Below, piece after piece: positions 1-8,549 of a stretch of 64,000 bases of DNA. The translations under genes were made by a program, and so were the position numbers. Location of the stretch: NCBI GenBank assembly GCA_963699165.1, contig OY969413.1:916562-980561 (forward strand). The letters run 5' to 3'. The DNA is from Candidatus Kaiserbacteria bacterium. Lineage in GTDB: Bacteria > Patescibacteriota > Minisyncoccia > Phycocordibacterales > Phycocordibacteraceae. The notes beneath the pieces are model-generated. The model was not told where the DNA came from, searched no databases, and saw only the letters and a program-made list of their open reading frames with translations. Positions within the stretch are counted from its first letter, which is position 1. Every line of letters starts with the position of its first letter.

Positions 1-493
1 AACCGAAGAGACCGACAGCGTTTACCGTCGGGTCTTTGAGATTCAGTCCTTCGCGCTCGACGGTGAAAGAACTTCCGGTCCAATGTTCCTCACGTTTCTT
101 TCCGTGACGCAGGCGCGGGGCGACACTGCGACGCTTCGGGTCGATCATCTTCGACCAAAGTCGATATTTTGGATTGCGCTCGATGTGCCCAATGATATCT
201 GAAACGAATCCACGCGCGATTTCGCCAGTGCTCGATACGAGAAGAATGCGAATCTCGCGATTTTTGGCGATCTCCCAGAGAGGGTATGCGATGGAGCTAT
301 GGGTTGATTTACCAAAACCGCGCGGCATCGCGATGGCGAGTTTTTGATAGGTATAGTTGGAGAGAGCATCGTCAAGTTCGTCCTGAAACGGCGCATTGTT
401 TAGACCAATAATTTCGGACACGAAGACGCGAAAATGCTCGGCCGCTATCGCGCAAAAGACGGCCGCTTCTTCAAGTTTTGGAATGTTACCCAT
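1..493 (-). CDS. Phage terminase large subunit, N-terminal ATPase part (runs off window start; absent from ORF track)
   Basis: Manual translation from ATG at 493: MGNIPKLEEAAVF...KLAIAMPRGFGKSTHSSIAYPLWEIAKNREIRILLVSSTGEIA..., with a terminase-type Walker A (PRGFGKST). Open to position 1 and overlaps the stop of the upstream TerS-like gene. Confidence 0.85.
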   Translation of the reverse strand, partial: MGNIPKLEEAAVFCAIAAEHFRVFVSEIIGLNNAPFQDELDDALSNYTYQKLAIAMPRGFGKSTHSSIAYPLWEIAKNREIRILLVSSTGEIARGFVSDIIGHIERNPKYRLWSKMIDPKRRSVAPRLRHGKKREEHWTGSSFTVEREGLNLKDPTVNAVGLFG

Positions 494-905
494 GGTCGTT
501 TGTTTTAGGGTGATTAAGATACGGTTCGACAAGCCGCTTGGTTTCGGGTTTCAGTGTTCCGAACACTTCGAAGAAGATATTTTCATCTTCATCACGAGCG
601 ATGGCGAAGGCGGACTCGAAGGCGCGCTGACGATAATCGGGATGCTTATTTTTCAACCAGAATATCGTTGCCGTGAGATTGCCGTTTTTGATGCCGGAGA
701 GTATCTGACTCTCGGCGGCATCGTTCATGAGCGCCGTGCCTTCGGCGAGCGCGTCATCAACGAACTTCGCGAATTCCGAATCTTCTTTCTTCCACCTGTA
801 CAGGCTCGCGCGACTCATGCCGGTTTTCTGACATGCGACTTCAATGATCGGCGTTTTGCGTAATTGTTCAAGCAACAATTCTTTGGTACGAATAGTCTTT
901 TTCAT
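486..905 (-). CDS. Terminase small subunit-like HTH protein
   Basis: N-terminal HTH (IEVACQKTGMSRASLYRWKKEDSEF) and ATIFWLKNK motif typical of small terminases; directly upstream of TerL. Confidence 0.7.
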   Translation of the reverse strand: MKKTIRTKELLLEQLRKTPIIEVACQKTGMSRASLYRWKKEDSEFAKFVDDALAEGTALMNDAAESQILSGIKNGNLTATIFWLKNKHPDYRQRAFESAFAIARDEDENIFFEVFGTLKPETKRLVEPYLNHPKTNDHG

Positions 906-1675
906 ATTTGTTTTGCTTTAAGGTTGGTACAGTGCTCCCAGCGAGAAATCGCTGTGAGGCAATATTCGAGATCAATTTCGACCGCGAAGCATCGACGCTT
1001 CGTTTGCTCGCACGCTAACAGCGTGGTACCGCTGCCAAGAAATCCGTCGTATACCACATCGCCGATTTCGCTTGAGTTGAGAATCAAACGACGAATAAGT
1101 CCGATGGGTTTGGTTGTCGGATGAAATTTGCTTTTGACAGGACGCGGATAGAACAAAACCGACTTATCTTTTGAGTGACGGAATATATGCGTGCCATGCC
1201 AGCCGTAAAGGATCAATTCATGTTGGGGTGCGTAATCGAGGCGACCGATAACCGCTTGCGATTTCACCCACACAAGAAGCTGCGCGACCTTGAATCCAGC
1301 GTCTAACATTCCTTCGCGAAGCGACCACACCATTTTGTCTGCATTGAACACATACGCGGCGTTTTTTCGGGCGAGATAAGGAGCGATTGTTTCAAGCCAT
1401 GCGCGGTTGAACGCCCGATATGATTCATCGGATTGTAGTTCGTCGTTCGCAACAATTTTATCTTTTGAGAGTTTTGAGAATCCGCGTTTAGATTCCACTG
1501 CCGAGACGGCATACGGTACGTCACAACATACGAGATTTATATGGATATTACCTATAAGCCTCTCCAGCAGTTTTTTGTCACGTGCGTCGCCGTATGCGAT
1601 GCGGTGATCGCCAAGTTGCCAGATAGTGCCAGGCTTAATTGAGTTTGCGGGCTTTGATTCCAGTTGCGTTTTCAT
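902..1675 (-). CDS. Site-specific DNA methyltransferase (N6-A/N4-C, beta order)
   Basis: Catalytic-like CDVPY (DPPY variant), HPTTKP, and SAM-binding DGFLGSGTT; ATG at 1675 preferred. Confidence 0.85.
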   Translation of the reverse strand: MKTQLESKPANSIKPGTIWQLGDHRIAYGDARDKKLLERLIGNIHINLVCCDVPYAVSAVESKRGFSKLSKDKIVANDELQSDESYRAFNRAWLETIAPYLARKNAAYVFNADKMVWSLREGMLDAGFKVAQLLVWVKSQAVIGRLDYAPQHELILYGWHGTHIFRHSKDKSVLFYPRPVKSKFHPTTKPIGLIRRLILNSSEIGDVVYDGFLGSGTTLLACEQTKRRCFAVEIDLEYCLTAISRWEHCTNLKAKQI

Positions 1676-2918
1676 ACCGTTCAATAATTACGTCCACGAA
1701 TATCGGCTCTGCTTCGACCATGTAGCAGATTCGTTTCATCTGATCGGCGGCCATGAGCGTACTACCCGAGCCACCAAAGAGATCCAGCACCGCATCACCC
1801 GGCTTCGTACAACGCTTGAGTGGCCGTTCGTGCAAGGTCACTGGCTTTTGCGTCGGATGACAATATTCTTGACTGGCGACGCGTTTCGCTAACCAAATAT
1901 CCGCTTGATCCATGATGTCGTCGAGCAGTTTATTGCCTGACGGTCCAAGTTCTTTGTTCAGAACTTCTGCGAAGTTCTGCCCGACGGGTGCGATGTACGG
2001 CTTATTGCGCGTCGCATAGACGCAGGGCTCGTAACACTTTCCGAAGGCTACGCCAGGTACAGGGTTGGCGGGTCCCTTAATCCACAAACAAACTCGGCGA
2101 TTTACGAGACCAGCATCGGCAGAAAGTGACTGCACCATACCAATATATTTTTGGTCGCAGAAAAAGAATATGTGACAATCAGGGTCGCATACAACAAGCG
2201 CGTTCTCCATCGAGCGTTTCAAGAAAGAACGATATTCTTCGTCTGGTTTCGAGTCGTCTACATTTCCGCCATACGAACCTTTGCCGCCAACGCCACGATC
2301 GTAATCAAGCGAGATGTTATAGGGCGGATCACAATAAATCATTCCGATTTTTGCCCCACAGGTAACTTTCTTTACAGTTTCGATATCGAGCGAACTTCCG
2401 CAGGCAAGACGGTGCGACCCGAGCGCGTATAGATCGCCAGTTTTCGCCTTCGGTTCCTTCACGCGCTTTACCGCCTCGTCAAAATCAAATTCATCATCCG
2501 AAGTTTCAAGCGCGTCCGCAAAGATAATCGACAGATCCGAATCATCGAAGCCCGATGCGAGCATCGTATCGATATCGAAGTATTGGGAAATGAGACCATA
2601 ATCCCAATCGCCATGAATACGATTACTTGAAAGCAGGTAACGATCGTACTCCGCCTTTGTGAGCTTTCTCGAAGGAACGCGTACTGGAATTTCTTCATCG
2701 ATACGACCCATGGCGGCTAACGCGGCGATACGCTGATGACCTGCAACTAGAGAGTTATCAAGGTCTATAACAGGAGCTTCAACAATTCCGAATTCTTTCA
2801 AGCTCTTTTTGAGGTCTGTCATCTGTTTCGGACTCATAATCCTTGGATTGTGTGGATTCTGAACGAGGTCGGAAACTTTTCTCGTCTCCGTCGTCCACGT
2901 GAGCGGCTGCTTTTTCAT
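1635..2918 (-). CDS. ParB-like N-terminal domain + DNA methyltransferase (N6-A/N4-C)
   Basis: NPHNPR...LKKSLKEFG...AGHQR ParB-like segment; DPPY, HPTQKP and DLFGGSGST motifs; likely start MKKQPLTW at 2918. Confidence 0.88.
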   Translation of the reverse strand: MKKQPLTWTTETRKVSDLVQNPHNPRIMSPKQMTDLKKSLKEFGIVEAPVIDLDNSLVAGHQRIAALAAMGRIDEEIPVRVPSRKLTKAEYDRYLLSSNRIHGDWDYGLISQYFDIDTMLASGFDDSDLSIIFADALETSDDEFDFDEAVKRVKEPKAKTGDLYALGSHRLACGSSLDIETVKKVTCGAKIGMIYCDPPYNISLDYDRGVGGKGSYGGNVDDSKPDEEYRSFLKRSMENALVVCDPDCHIFFFCDQKYIGMVQSLSADAGLVNRRVCLWIKGPANPVPGVAFGKCYEPCVYATRNKPYIAPVGQNFAEVLNKELGPSGNKLLDDIMDQADIWLAKRVASQEYCHPTQKPVTLHERPLKRCTKPGDAVLDLFGGSGSTLMAADQMKRICYMVEAEPIFVDVIIERYENATGIKARKLN

Positions 2919-2995
2919 ATCGGTATATTTGCTGTTAAAAGGCGCATCGCGCGCCCTACAGCAGATACCCACGACTTTCGGCATTTTTGTGACAT

Positions 2996-3020
2996 ATAAA
3001 AAGCCGCATGGAAGCGGCTT
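2996..3020 (-). terminator. Rho-independent terminator after the 353-aa gene
   Basis: Minus strand AAGCCGC-TTCCAT-GCGGCTT followed by TTTATA. Confidence 0.6.
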
Positions 3021-3037
3021 CAACGGGGAATCCTATT

Positions 3038-4099
3038 TTAGGACAGTAATGGCTTCAGTTTCGGGAGAGCGCGGCTTTTCGCCTTTCGTTCGGTAGCAGT
3101 GAGAATTTCACCGCGATAATCTTTTTCTATGGCCAGTCGCTCTTTTGGAGGGAGCTTTGTGATCGCACGAGCGATATCGATTTCTTGGATATTGATGGTA
3201 TCAGTATGCCTTGCGAGTACCGCATCTGCTCGGGTTTCATCATTGAGAATTTTATCCAACGATTCTTCCAAAAAATTATCTTTGATTTCGTACTTGCCGC
3301 GCCCGAGGTTGTAATCTTTATGGCGGAGACGAAGCCTCTCCGGAAGTTCCGATAGATACAAAGGTTTTCGACGCGGCTTAGCAAGCAGTTTCTGCGTCTC
3401 ATCTACTGCAAACGTGAGATTGCCAAGGGAAGTTGAGGCATAGAGATACTGGTAGGTCGATTTGAAACCGCTCCATGCGCGCGTAAGACGCCGCATTAAA
3501 TCTGCACGATGAGGCCCACACGGATCCTTTTCCTTTACACGAGCGAGGAGAGCTCCAACCTCAACAATTTCTGCCCGCCTTATTTCGAGCTCTTTAATGG
3601 TTTTGCACCAGCCGCGAATCATTTCTTTTGTAACGGATGGATACTTTCCCCGGATTTCATTCCATGCTTCTGGAGTGAATTGGTCTTCCCATGACCAAAG
3701 AATCTCCGATTGATGATCTGGAGAGAACGGCGGTTCGGATTCTTCAGAGATTTGCAATAATGGATTATGTAAAGTTTTGCTCTCTTCGTCCAAATATCCT
3801 TCGTATAAAATTTCGGTTAGGGAATGCAGAGATGCTAAAACTTCGGGCGATTCTTCACAATCTTTGGCCGCAAAAAGGAAGTACTGTAGGCAAATCAATT
3901 GCAATTGAAGGTCGTTGAGGAAGAAAAGATCTGGGTGTTGAGCCCGCTTCAGTGCGAATTCTTTCATAACAAGACCCAGATCTGCCCATACATCTTCTGC
4001 CGTGCGTGAGGGCAGACGCAAACGCAGTTGGAAGTTATGAATGGCTTGATCGAACTTCGTTCGTTCGTGATTGATAACGGTGCTGTGCGGAGTGGTCAT
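3038..4099 (-). CDS. Hypothetical protein; C-terminus resembles a sigma region-4-like helix pair
   Basis: 353-aa ORF with a -10-like TAAAAT 6 nt upstream and its own terminator; C-terminal DIARAITKLPPKERLAIE pattern. Confidence 0.6.
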   Translation of the reverse strand: MTTPHSTVINHERTKFDQAIHNFQLRLRLPSRTAEDVWADLGLVMKEFALKRAQHPDLFFLNDLQLQLICLQYFLFAAKDCEESPEVLASLHSLTEILYEGYLDEESKTLHNPLLQISEESEPPFSPDHQSEILWSWEDQFTPEAWNEIRGKYPSVTKEMIRGWCKTIKELEIRRAEIVEVGALLARVKEKDPCGPHRADLMRRLTRAWSGFKSTYQYLYASTSLGNLTFAVDETQKLLAKPRRKPLYLSELPERLRLRHKDYNLGRGKYEIKDNFLEESLDKILNDETRADAVLARHTDTINIQEIDIARAITKLPPKERLAIEKDYRGEILTATERKAKSRALPKLKPLLS

Positions 4100-4637
4100 A
4101 CTCTAATTTTACCTCCAATTCAAGCTTTTTATTACGAGAGTGTTGTGAGACACGGCTTCGTAGATTCAGCTACTTTTTTTATAGTGCTTCATTCGTTTCA
4201 TTTCTTAATGAATACGCCATATTCCGCCAGGAATGCTACATTAGTCGCATTTTTCGATTTTGACCCCCAGACCGAGTGGCTTCGGCCGTGCTACACTGAA
4301 AGGATGTCAAAAACCCTTACGGTGCCTCGCCGGGCAAGGTTCTAGACGGACTTGGGGCTGTTCAAGATCCGAACCAGCGGGCTCGAATCTATCGAAAGTT
4401 GGGGTATCTGTACCTCAAACTTCATGAGCCAATCGGCCTCTGGTTTATTTTCCGAGCGCTCACGGTGCCCGGCGTAGCGATAGCCACACGAATCAAGACT
4501 TTGTTCGTTTTGCTTCACTGAAGCCAAATGCCCGCGACGAGTACCAACTCGTCGCGGGCGAACTTTTTAATTCATTACTGCGCAAAATCGCAACTGCAAG
4601 CCTTAATTTACACGGTCGTAGAAACAAGATTTTCGCA

Positions 4638-4666
4638 TTGACAAAATAGATAGATAATGATATAGA
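4638..4666 (+). promoter_or_regulatory. Sigma70-type promoter for the 4730 gene
   Basis: TTGACA (4638-4643), 17 nt, TATAGA (4661-4666) preceded by TG; AGGAG SD at 4716-4720. Confidence 0.55.
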
Positions 4667-4729
4667 GGACAATAGGTTGGGCCAACTGCCCAGTTCCATT
4701 TCGCACATTTCCTGTAGGAGTTATTAATC

Positions 4730-5308
4730 ATGGTCGTGCGCAAAACCGTATCGCTTCCGCAGCCCTTAACGGGACAACAAATAATTGGAGCCGTGTCGGC
4801 GGCGGTCAAAGCAAACAACCTTGACCTCATTAACAATATGGGTTTCGACGACGGCGCATGTTTCGAGGTGGGTCAAAGCTCGGGTTACCCATACGAACAG
4901 CTTCGTGTCATACCTGAGATTGCGGGTGAGACGGTTTTCCATCCCGACAGAGTATATCGAGGTCCACTCGTTGTAGAGTCACACAAATGGCCCGTAGAGT
5001 TTTATCCTGTCGGATACTCGGACGATGCTCCAATCTGGGCCGTCGAATCATTCGCTGCAGCACTTGATGTCCGGCTTCGCGATTTGGCCTCTCAAGCCGA
5101 TTCGCAAGTTTCGGAATCTTTGCTCGAGCAATTCGAGCGGCGCTACGACAAGGCACCGACTGATCCGGCAAAGAGAATTCTATTCGGCATTTTCAACGAC
5201 CTGAACGGTCGAGCTGGGTTCGATAACGAGTGGGGCGGAATCGACCACGAGACGCAGGAGGAGATCCTCGCAACCAATCTCGAAATCGTCAGGAAGAATC
5301 TTCCCTGA
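4730..5308 (+). CDS. Hypothetical protein (stand-alone transcription unit)
   Basis: 192-aa ORF with SD, promoter and terminator; no motif recognised. Confidence 0.7.
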   Translation: MVVRKTVSLPQPLTGQQIIGAVSAAVKANNLDLINNMGFDDGACFEVGQSSGYPYEQLRVIPEIAGETVFHPDRVYRGPLVVESHKWPVEFYPVGYSDDAPIWAVESFAAALDVRLRDLASQADSQVSESLLEQFERRYDKAPTDPAKRILFGIFNDLNGRAGFDNEWGGIDHETQEEILATNLEIVRKNLP

Positions 5309-5325
5309 CATAAATCCAAGAAGCT

Positions 5326-5370
5326 AAGACCCACAAGCGGAACGACCCGCTTCGGTGGGTCTTTCCGTTT
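5326..5370 (+). terminator. Stem-loop / terminator
   Basis: AAGACCCAC-AAGCGG-AACGAC-CCGCTT-CG-GTGGGTCTT followed by a T-rich tail. Confidence 0.6.
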
Positions 5371-5451
5371 TATAAATAAGTTCGAAGGTCATTGCATTGC
5401 GGAGCAGAGCTGGTTTTTGTGATATGGTAGAACATATGGCAAAGTGAGTGT

Positions 5452-6123
5452 ATGGGAATTTTATCGATAGTCGCCACACCGATAGGGAACTTGGAGGATA
5501 TTACGCTGCGCGCTTTGCGGACGCTCAAAGAGTGCGATGTTGTGTATGCCGAAGACACGCGCGTCGTCGCAAAACTACTCGCGCGGTACGAAATTAAAAA
5601 GCCGCTTCAGCGGCTCGACGCAGTTACCGAAACAAAAAAGGCGGACGATGTTGTTTCGCGACTTGAAGCGGGCGAACATGTCGTGTTTGTGAGCGACGCG
5701 GGTACGCCCGGCATTTCGGACCCGGGTTCGCGTCTCGTTGCGGCGGTGCGGGAACAGTTGCCCGAAGCGAAAATCGAGGCGATTCCGGGAGCGTCGGCGC
5801 TTACTGCCGCGCTTTCAATCGCCGGAATCGATTCTGCCGAGTTTACATTCATCGGTTTTTTGCCGCATAAAAAAGGCCGCCAAACGGCGCTCAAGAAAAT
5901 GGCCGAAAGCGAAATTCCGGTCGTGCTCTACGAATCTCCGCACCGCATTTTGAAATTGCTTGAAGAGCTTGGTGCAATCGACACATCGCGCGTTGTCGTC
6001 GCCCGCGAGCTGACCAAAATCCACGAAGAAGTTGTTTCGGGTACGCCTTCCGAAATTCTCGCGCATTTCGCTAAAAATCCCGACCGCGTCCGCGGTGAGT
6101 TTGTGGTCATCAAAGCTGCCTGA
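5452..6123 (+). CDS. rsmI: 16S rRNA (cytidine1402-2'-O)-methyltransferase
   Basis: VATPIGNLEDITLRAL, AEDTR, SDAGTPGISDPG, YESPHR, ARELTKIHEE signature motifs. Confidence 0.95.
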   Translation: MGILSIVATPIGNLEDITLRALRTLKECDVVYAEDTRVVAKLLARYEIKKPLQRLDAVTETKKADDVVSRLEAGEHVVFVSDAGTPGISDPGSRLVAAVREQLPEAKIEAIPGASALTAALSIAGIDSAEFTFIGFLPHKKGRQTALKKMAESEIPVVLYESPHRILKLLEELGAIDTSRVVVARELTKIHEEVVSGTPSEILAHFAKNPDRVRGEFVVIKAA

Positions 6124-6135
6124 TATACTCGAACT

Positions 6136-6381
6136 ATGTCCCGCACCAGCGCACTCATTCTTCTCGGCATTCTTGTCGCCCTCACTCCTTTTTCAGGTCT
6201 GCCGATAGCCATTCGCAATTTGCTCGCAGTCATTTTCGGCATTTGCGTGACCAGCATCGGCGTCTCTCTCCGCGCTCACGAAGTCCGCACCAAACAGCAG
6301 GCAGTCGAATCTACCGTTCCTGTCATGACCGCTGAACCTGTCTCCGAACCCACTCCTCCGACAGGCGTTTCTCCAATTTGA
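6136..6381 (+). CDS. Small membrane protein (2 TM)
   Basis: Two hydrophobic stretches and a Pro-rich tail; TGATATACT promoter 6 nt upstream of ATG. Confidence 0.7.
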   Translation: MSRTSALILLGILVALTPFSGLPIAIRNLLAVIFGICVTSIGVSLRAHEVRTKQQAVESTVPVMTAEPVSEPTPPTGVSPI

Positions 6382-6434
6382 TTTTTGTATAACGTTCATC
6401 CCGCTCGTGCGGGACTTTGTTATACTAAAACGTG

Positions 6435-8543
6435 ATGGAAAACCCCGAGCGCGTTACGTATTTCGCCGCGACTGACTCGCGGGGAAAATATGTGCCTTTT
6501 GGCATTAAGTCGAAGGACCGCGACCGGCACATGTACGTTATCGGCAAGACCGGCATGGGCAAATCGACCTTGCTTGAGAACATGGCGATTCAGGATTTGC
6601 AGAACGGGGAAGGGCTCGCCTTCATCGACCCGCACGGCGGCACGGTTGAGCGTTTGCTCGAATACATTCCCGAACACCGCATCAAGGACGTCGTGTATTT
6701 TGCGCCGTTTGATATGGAGAACCCCATCGCGTTTAACGTGATGGAGGACGTGGGCTACGACAAGCGCCACCTCGTCGTGTCGGGCCTCATGGCGACCTTC
6801 AAAAAGATTTGGGAAGACGCGTGGAGTGCCCGCATGGAATACATTCTCACGAACACGTTGCTCGCGCTTCTCGAATATCCGGACGCGACCCTGCTCGGCG
6901 TGAACCGCATGTACACCGACAAGCTGTATCGCACGAAAGTCATCGACAATGTGAAAGACCCGGTCGTGAAGGATTTTTGGACGAAAGAATTTGCAAACTA
7001 CGGCGACCGGTACACGCAAGAGGCGACGCCGGCCATTCAAAACAAAATCGGCCAGTTCACCGGGAACCCGCTCATTAGGAACATTATCGGCCAGCCGAAG
7101 TCGTCTTTTGACATTCGCACGATGATGGACCAGAAAAAGATTCTCATTATGAATCTCTCGAAAGGGCTTGTCGGAGAAACGAATATGCGGCTCTTGGGCT
7201 CGATGCTCACGACCCGTATTTTCCTCGGTGCGATGAGCCGTGCGGATAATTACGGCGCAGAGCTCGCCAAGCTGCCGCCCTTCTATTTTTACGTGGACGA
7301 ATTTCAAAACTTTGCGAACGAGACCTTCGCCGAGATTTTGTCCGAGGCCCGCAAATACAAACTCAATCTCGTCATCGCGCACCAGTACATCGAGCAGATG
7401 GAGGAAGAAGTGCGCGATGCCGTGTTCGGAAACGTCGGCACCACGGTTGCATTTCGCGTCGGACCTTTCGATGCGGAAGTGCTTGAAACGATTTTCATGC
7501 CGAAGTTTACAAAAGAAGATATCGTCGGACTCGATAAGCGGCAGATTTACATAACGCTTATGATTGACGGCGTCGGGTCTGCGCCGTTTTCAGCGGTGAC
7601 GATTCCGCCGATTGAAGCGCCGGCAGTTTCGCATAAAGAAGAAGTGATAGCGTCTTCGCAAAAGCAGTTTGCCGTACCTCGCGCAGGCGTCGAGAACGCG
7701 ATTATGGAAGAACTTGCCGCGAGCATTGCCGCGCCGCCGCCGCTTGACGCGCGCATGAAAAAAAAGCCGACGACGCCATACCGCCCGCCTGCGTTTACGC
7801 CGCCGACACCCGCGGCGCAGGTTTCCGCGCCCGTCCAAAGCAAGCCGGCTGTGGCCGCGATTGAGCCGAAAAGTTCGGAGGCATATGTCCCGAGAAGCTC
7901 TGTACCGACGCAAGTATCGCGTCCGGTACGGGAGCGAACCGCGCCGACGGTACCAACACAACGGCCGCAGTATCAACAGGCAACGCCGCGACCGCCGGTC
8001 CGCGAGTACGCGCAAAACGCGCAGACGCCCACGCCTCGTCCGACGGCCGCGGCGAAAAGTTCGGAGGATTTGAAGGCCATTTTGCGGGCCATGACGCAGA
8101 AAACGACCGTAGAGAATGAACAAAAGCAGACCCAAAACAAACAATCGCTTAAAGGCACTCTTTCGGACGTGCTCACAAAGGGCGGTGCAGAACCCGACCT
8201 GCGGAAGGTCAGATCTTCCGTACCGGGACAAGCGGAAGAATTTGGGAAGGCCAGACCTTCCCAAATGGAACCGGTTCAAATAAAGAGCGATTTGCAGCAA
8301 TCGCCGCCGCAGAATACAGTATCTGCGGCCGTGCCGAAAGAAGCAACATCTGTGGAAGTTAAACTTTCACAGATGCCGGAAGTTCAGGCGGTTGCGACAA
8401 CCGAGGCAGCATCCGCGGCCGCGGCGCCTCCGGCGCCGCGGAAAGAAATTCCTGCGCCGGCTTCGCCGGCGCAGGAACCGGAGAAAAAACCATTCGAGGT
8501 CTCCGAGGAGGTGCTTCGGAAAGTATTAAAAGGCGAAACATAA
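6435..8543 (+). CDS. VirD4/TraD-like (type IV coupling protein family) ATPase with long Pro/Ala-rich C-terminal tail
   Basis: HMYVIGKTGMGKS Walker A, FIDPHG, YVDEFQN Walker B, EARKYKL, AHQY, GNVGT; ~270-aa low-complexity tail. GTG at 6432 is an alternative start. Confidence 0.85.
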   Translation: MENPERVTYFAATDSRGKYVPFGIKSKDRDRHMYVIGKTGMGKSTLLENMAIQDLQNGEGLAFIDPHGGTVERLLEYIPEHRIKDVVYFAPFDMENPIAFNVMEDVGYDKRHLVVSGLMATFKKIWEDAWSARMEYILTNTLLALLEYPDATLLGVNRMYTDKLYRTKVIDNVKDPVVKDFWTKEFANYGDRYTQEATPAIQNKIGQFTGNPLIRNIIGQPKSSFDIRTMMDQKKILIMNLSKGLVGETNMRLLGSMLTTRIFLGAMSRADNYGAELAKLPPFYFYVDEFQNFANETFAEILSEARKYKLNLVIAHQYIEQMEEEVRDAVFGNVGTTVAFRVGPFDAEVLETIFMPKFTKEDIVGLDKRQIYITLMIDGVGSAPFSAVTIPPIEAPAVSHKEEVIASSQKQFAVPRAGVENAIMEELAASIAAPPPLDARMKKKPTTPYRPPAFTPPTPAAQVSAPVQSKPAVAAIEPKSSEAYVPRSSVPTQVSRPVRERTAPTVPTQRPQYQQATPRPPVREYAQNAQTPTPRPTAAAKSSEDLKAILRAMTQKTTVENEQKQTQNKQSLKGTLSDVLTKGGAEPDLRKVRSSVPGQAEEFGKARPSQMEPVQIKSDLQQSPPQNTVSAAVPKEATSVEVKLSQMPEVQAVATTEAASAAAAPPAPRKEIPAPASPAQEPEKKPFEVSEEVLRKVLKGET
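8201..8370. repeat. Three short REP-like palindromes inside the ATPase tail
   Basis: CGGAAGGTCAGATCTTCCG (8202-8220); ATTTGGGAAGG-CCAGA-CCTTCCCAAAT (8240-8266, perfect 11-bp stem); GTGGAAGTTAAACTTTCAC (8352-8370). Confidence 0.5.
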
Positions 8544-8549
8544 TTTTCA

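Noticed and set aside
4100-4630. ncRNA or decayed gene in the intergenic gap
   Set aside because: Only short unrelated ORFs and no recognisable RNA structure by eye.
6435-8543. Conjugative element / ICE
   Set aside because: No relaxase, VirB genes, integrase or att sites nearby; flanked by housekeeping-type genes.
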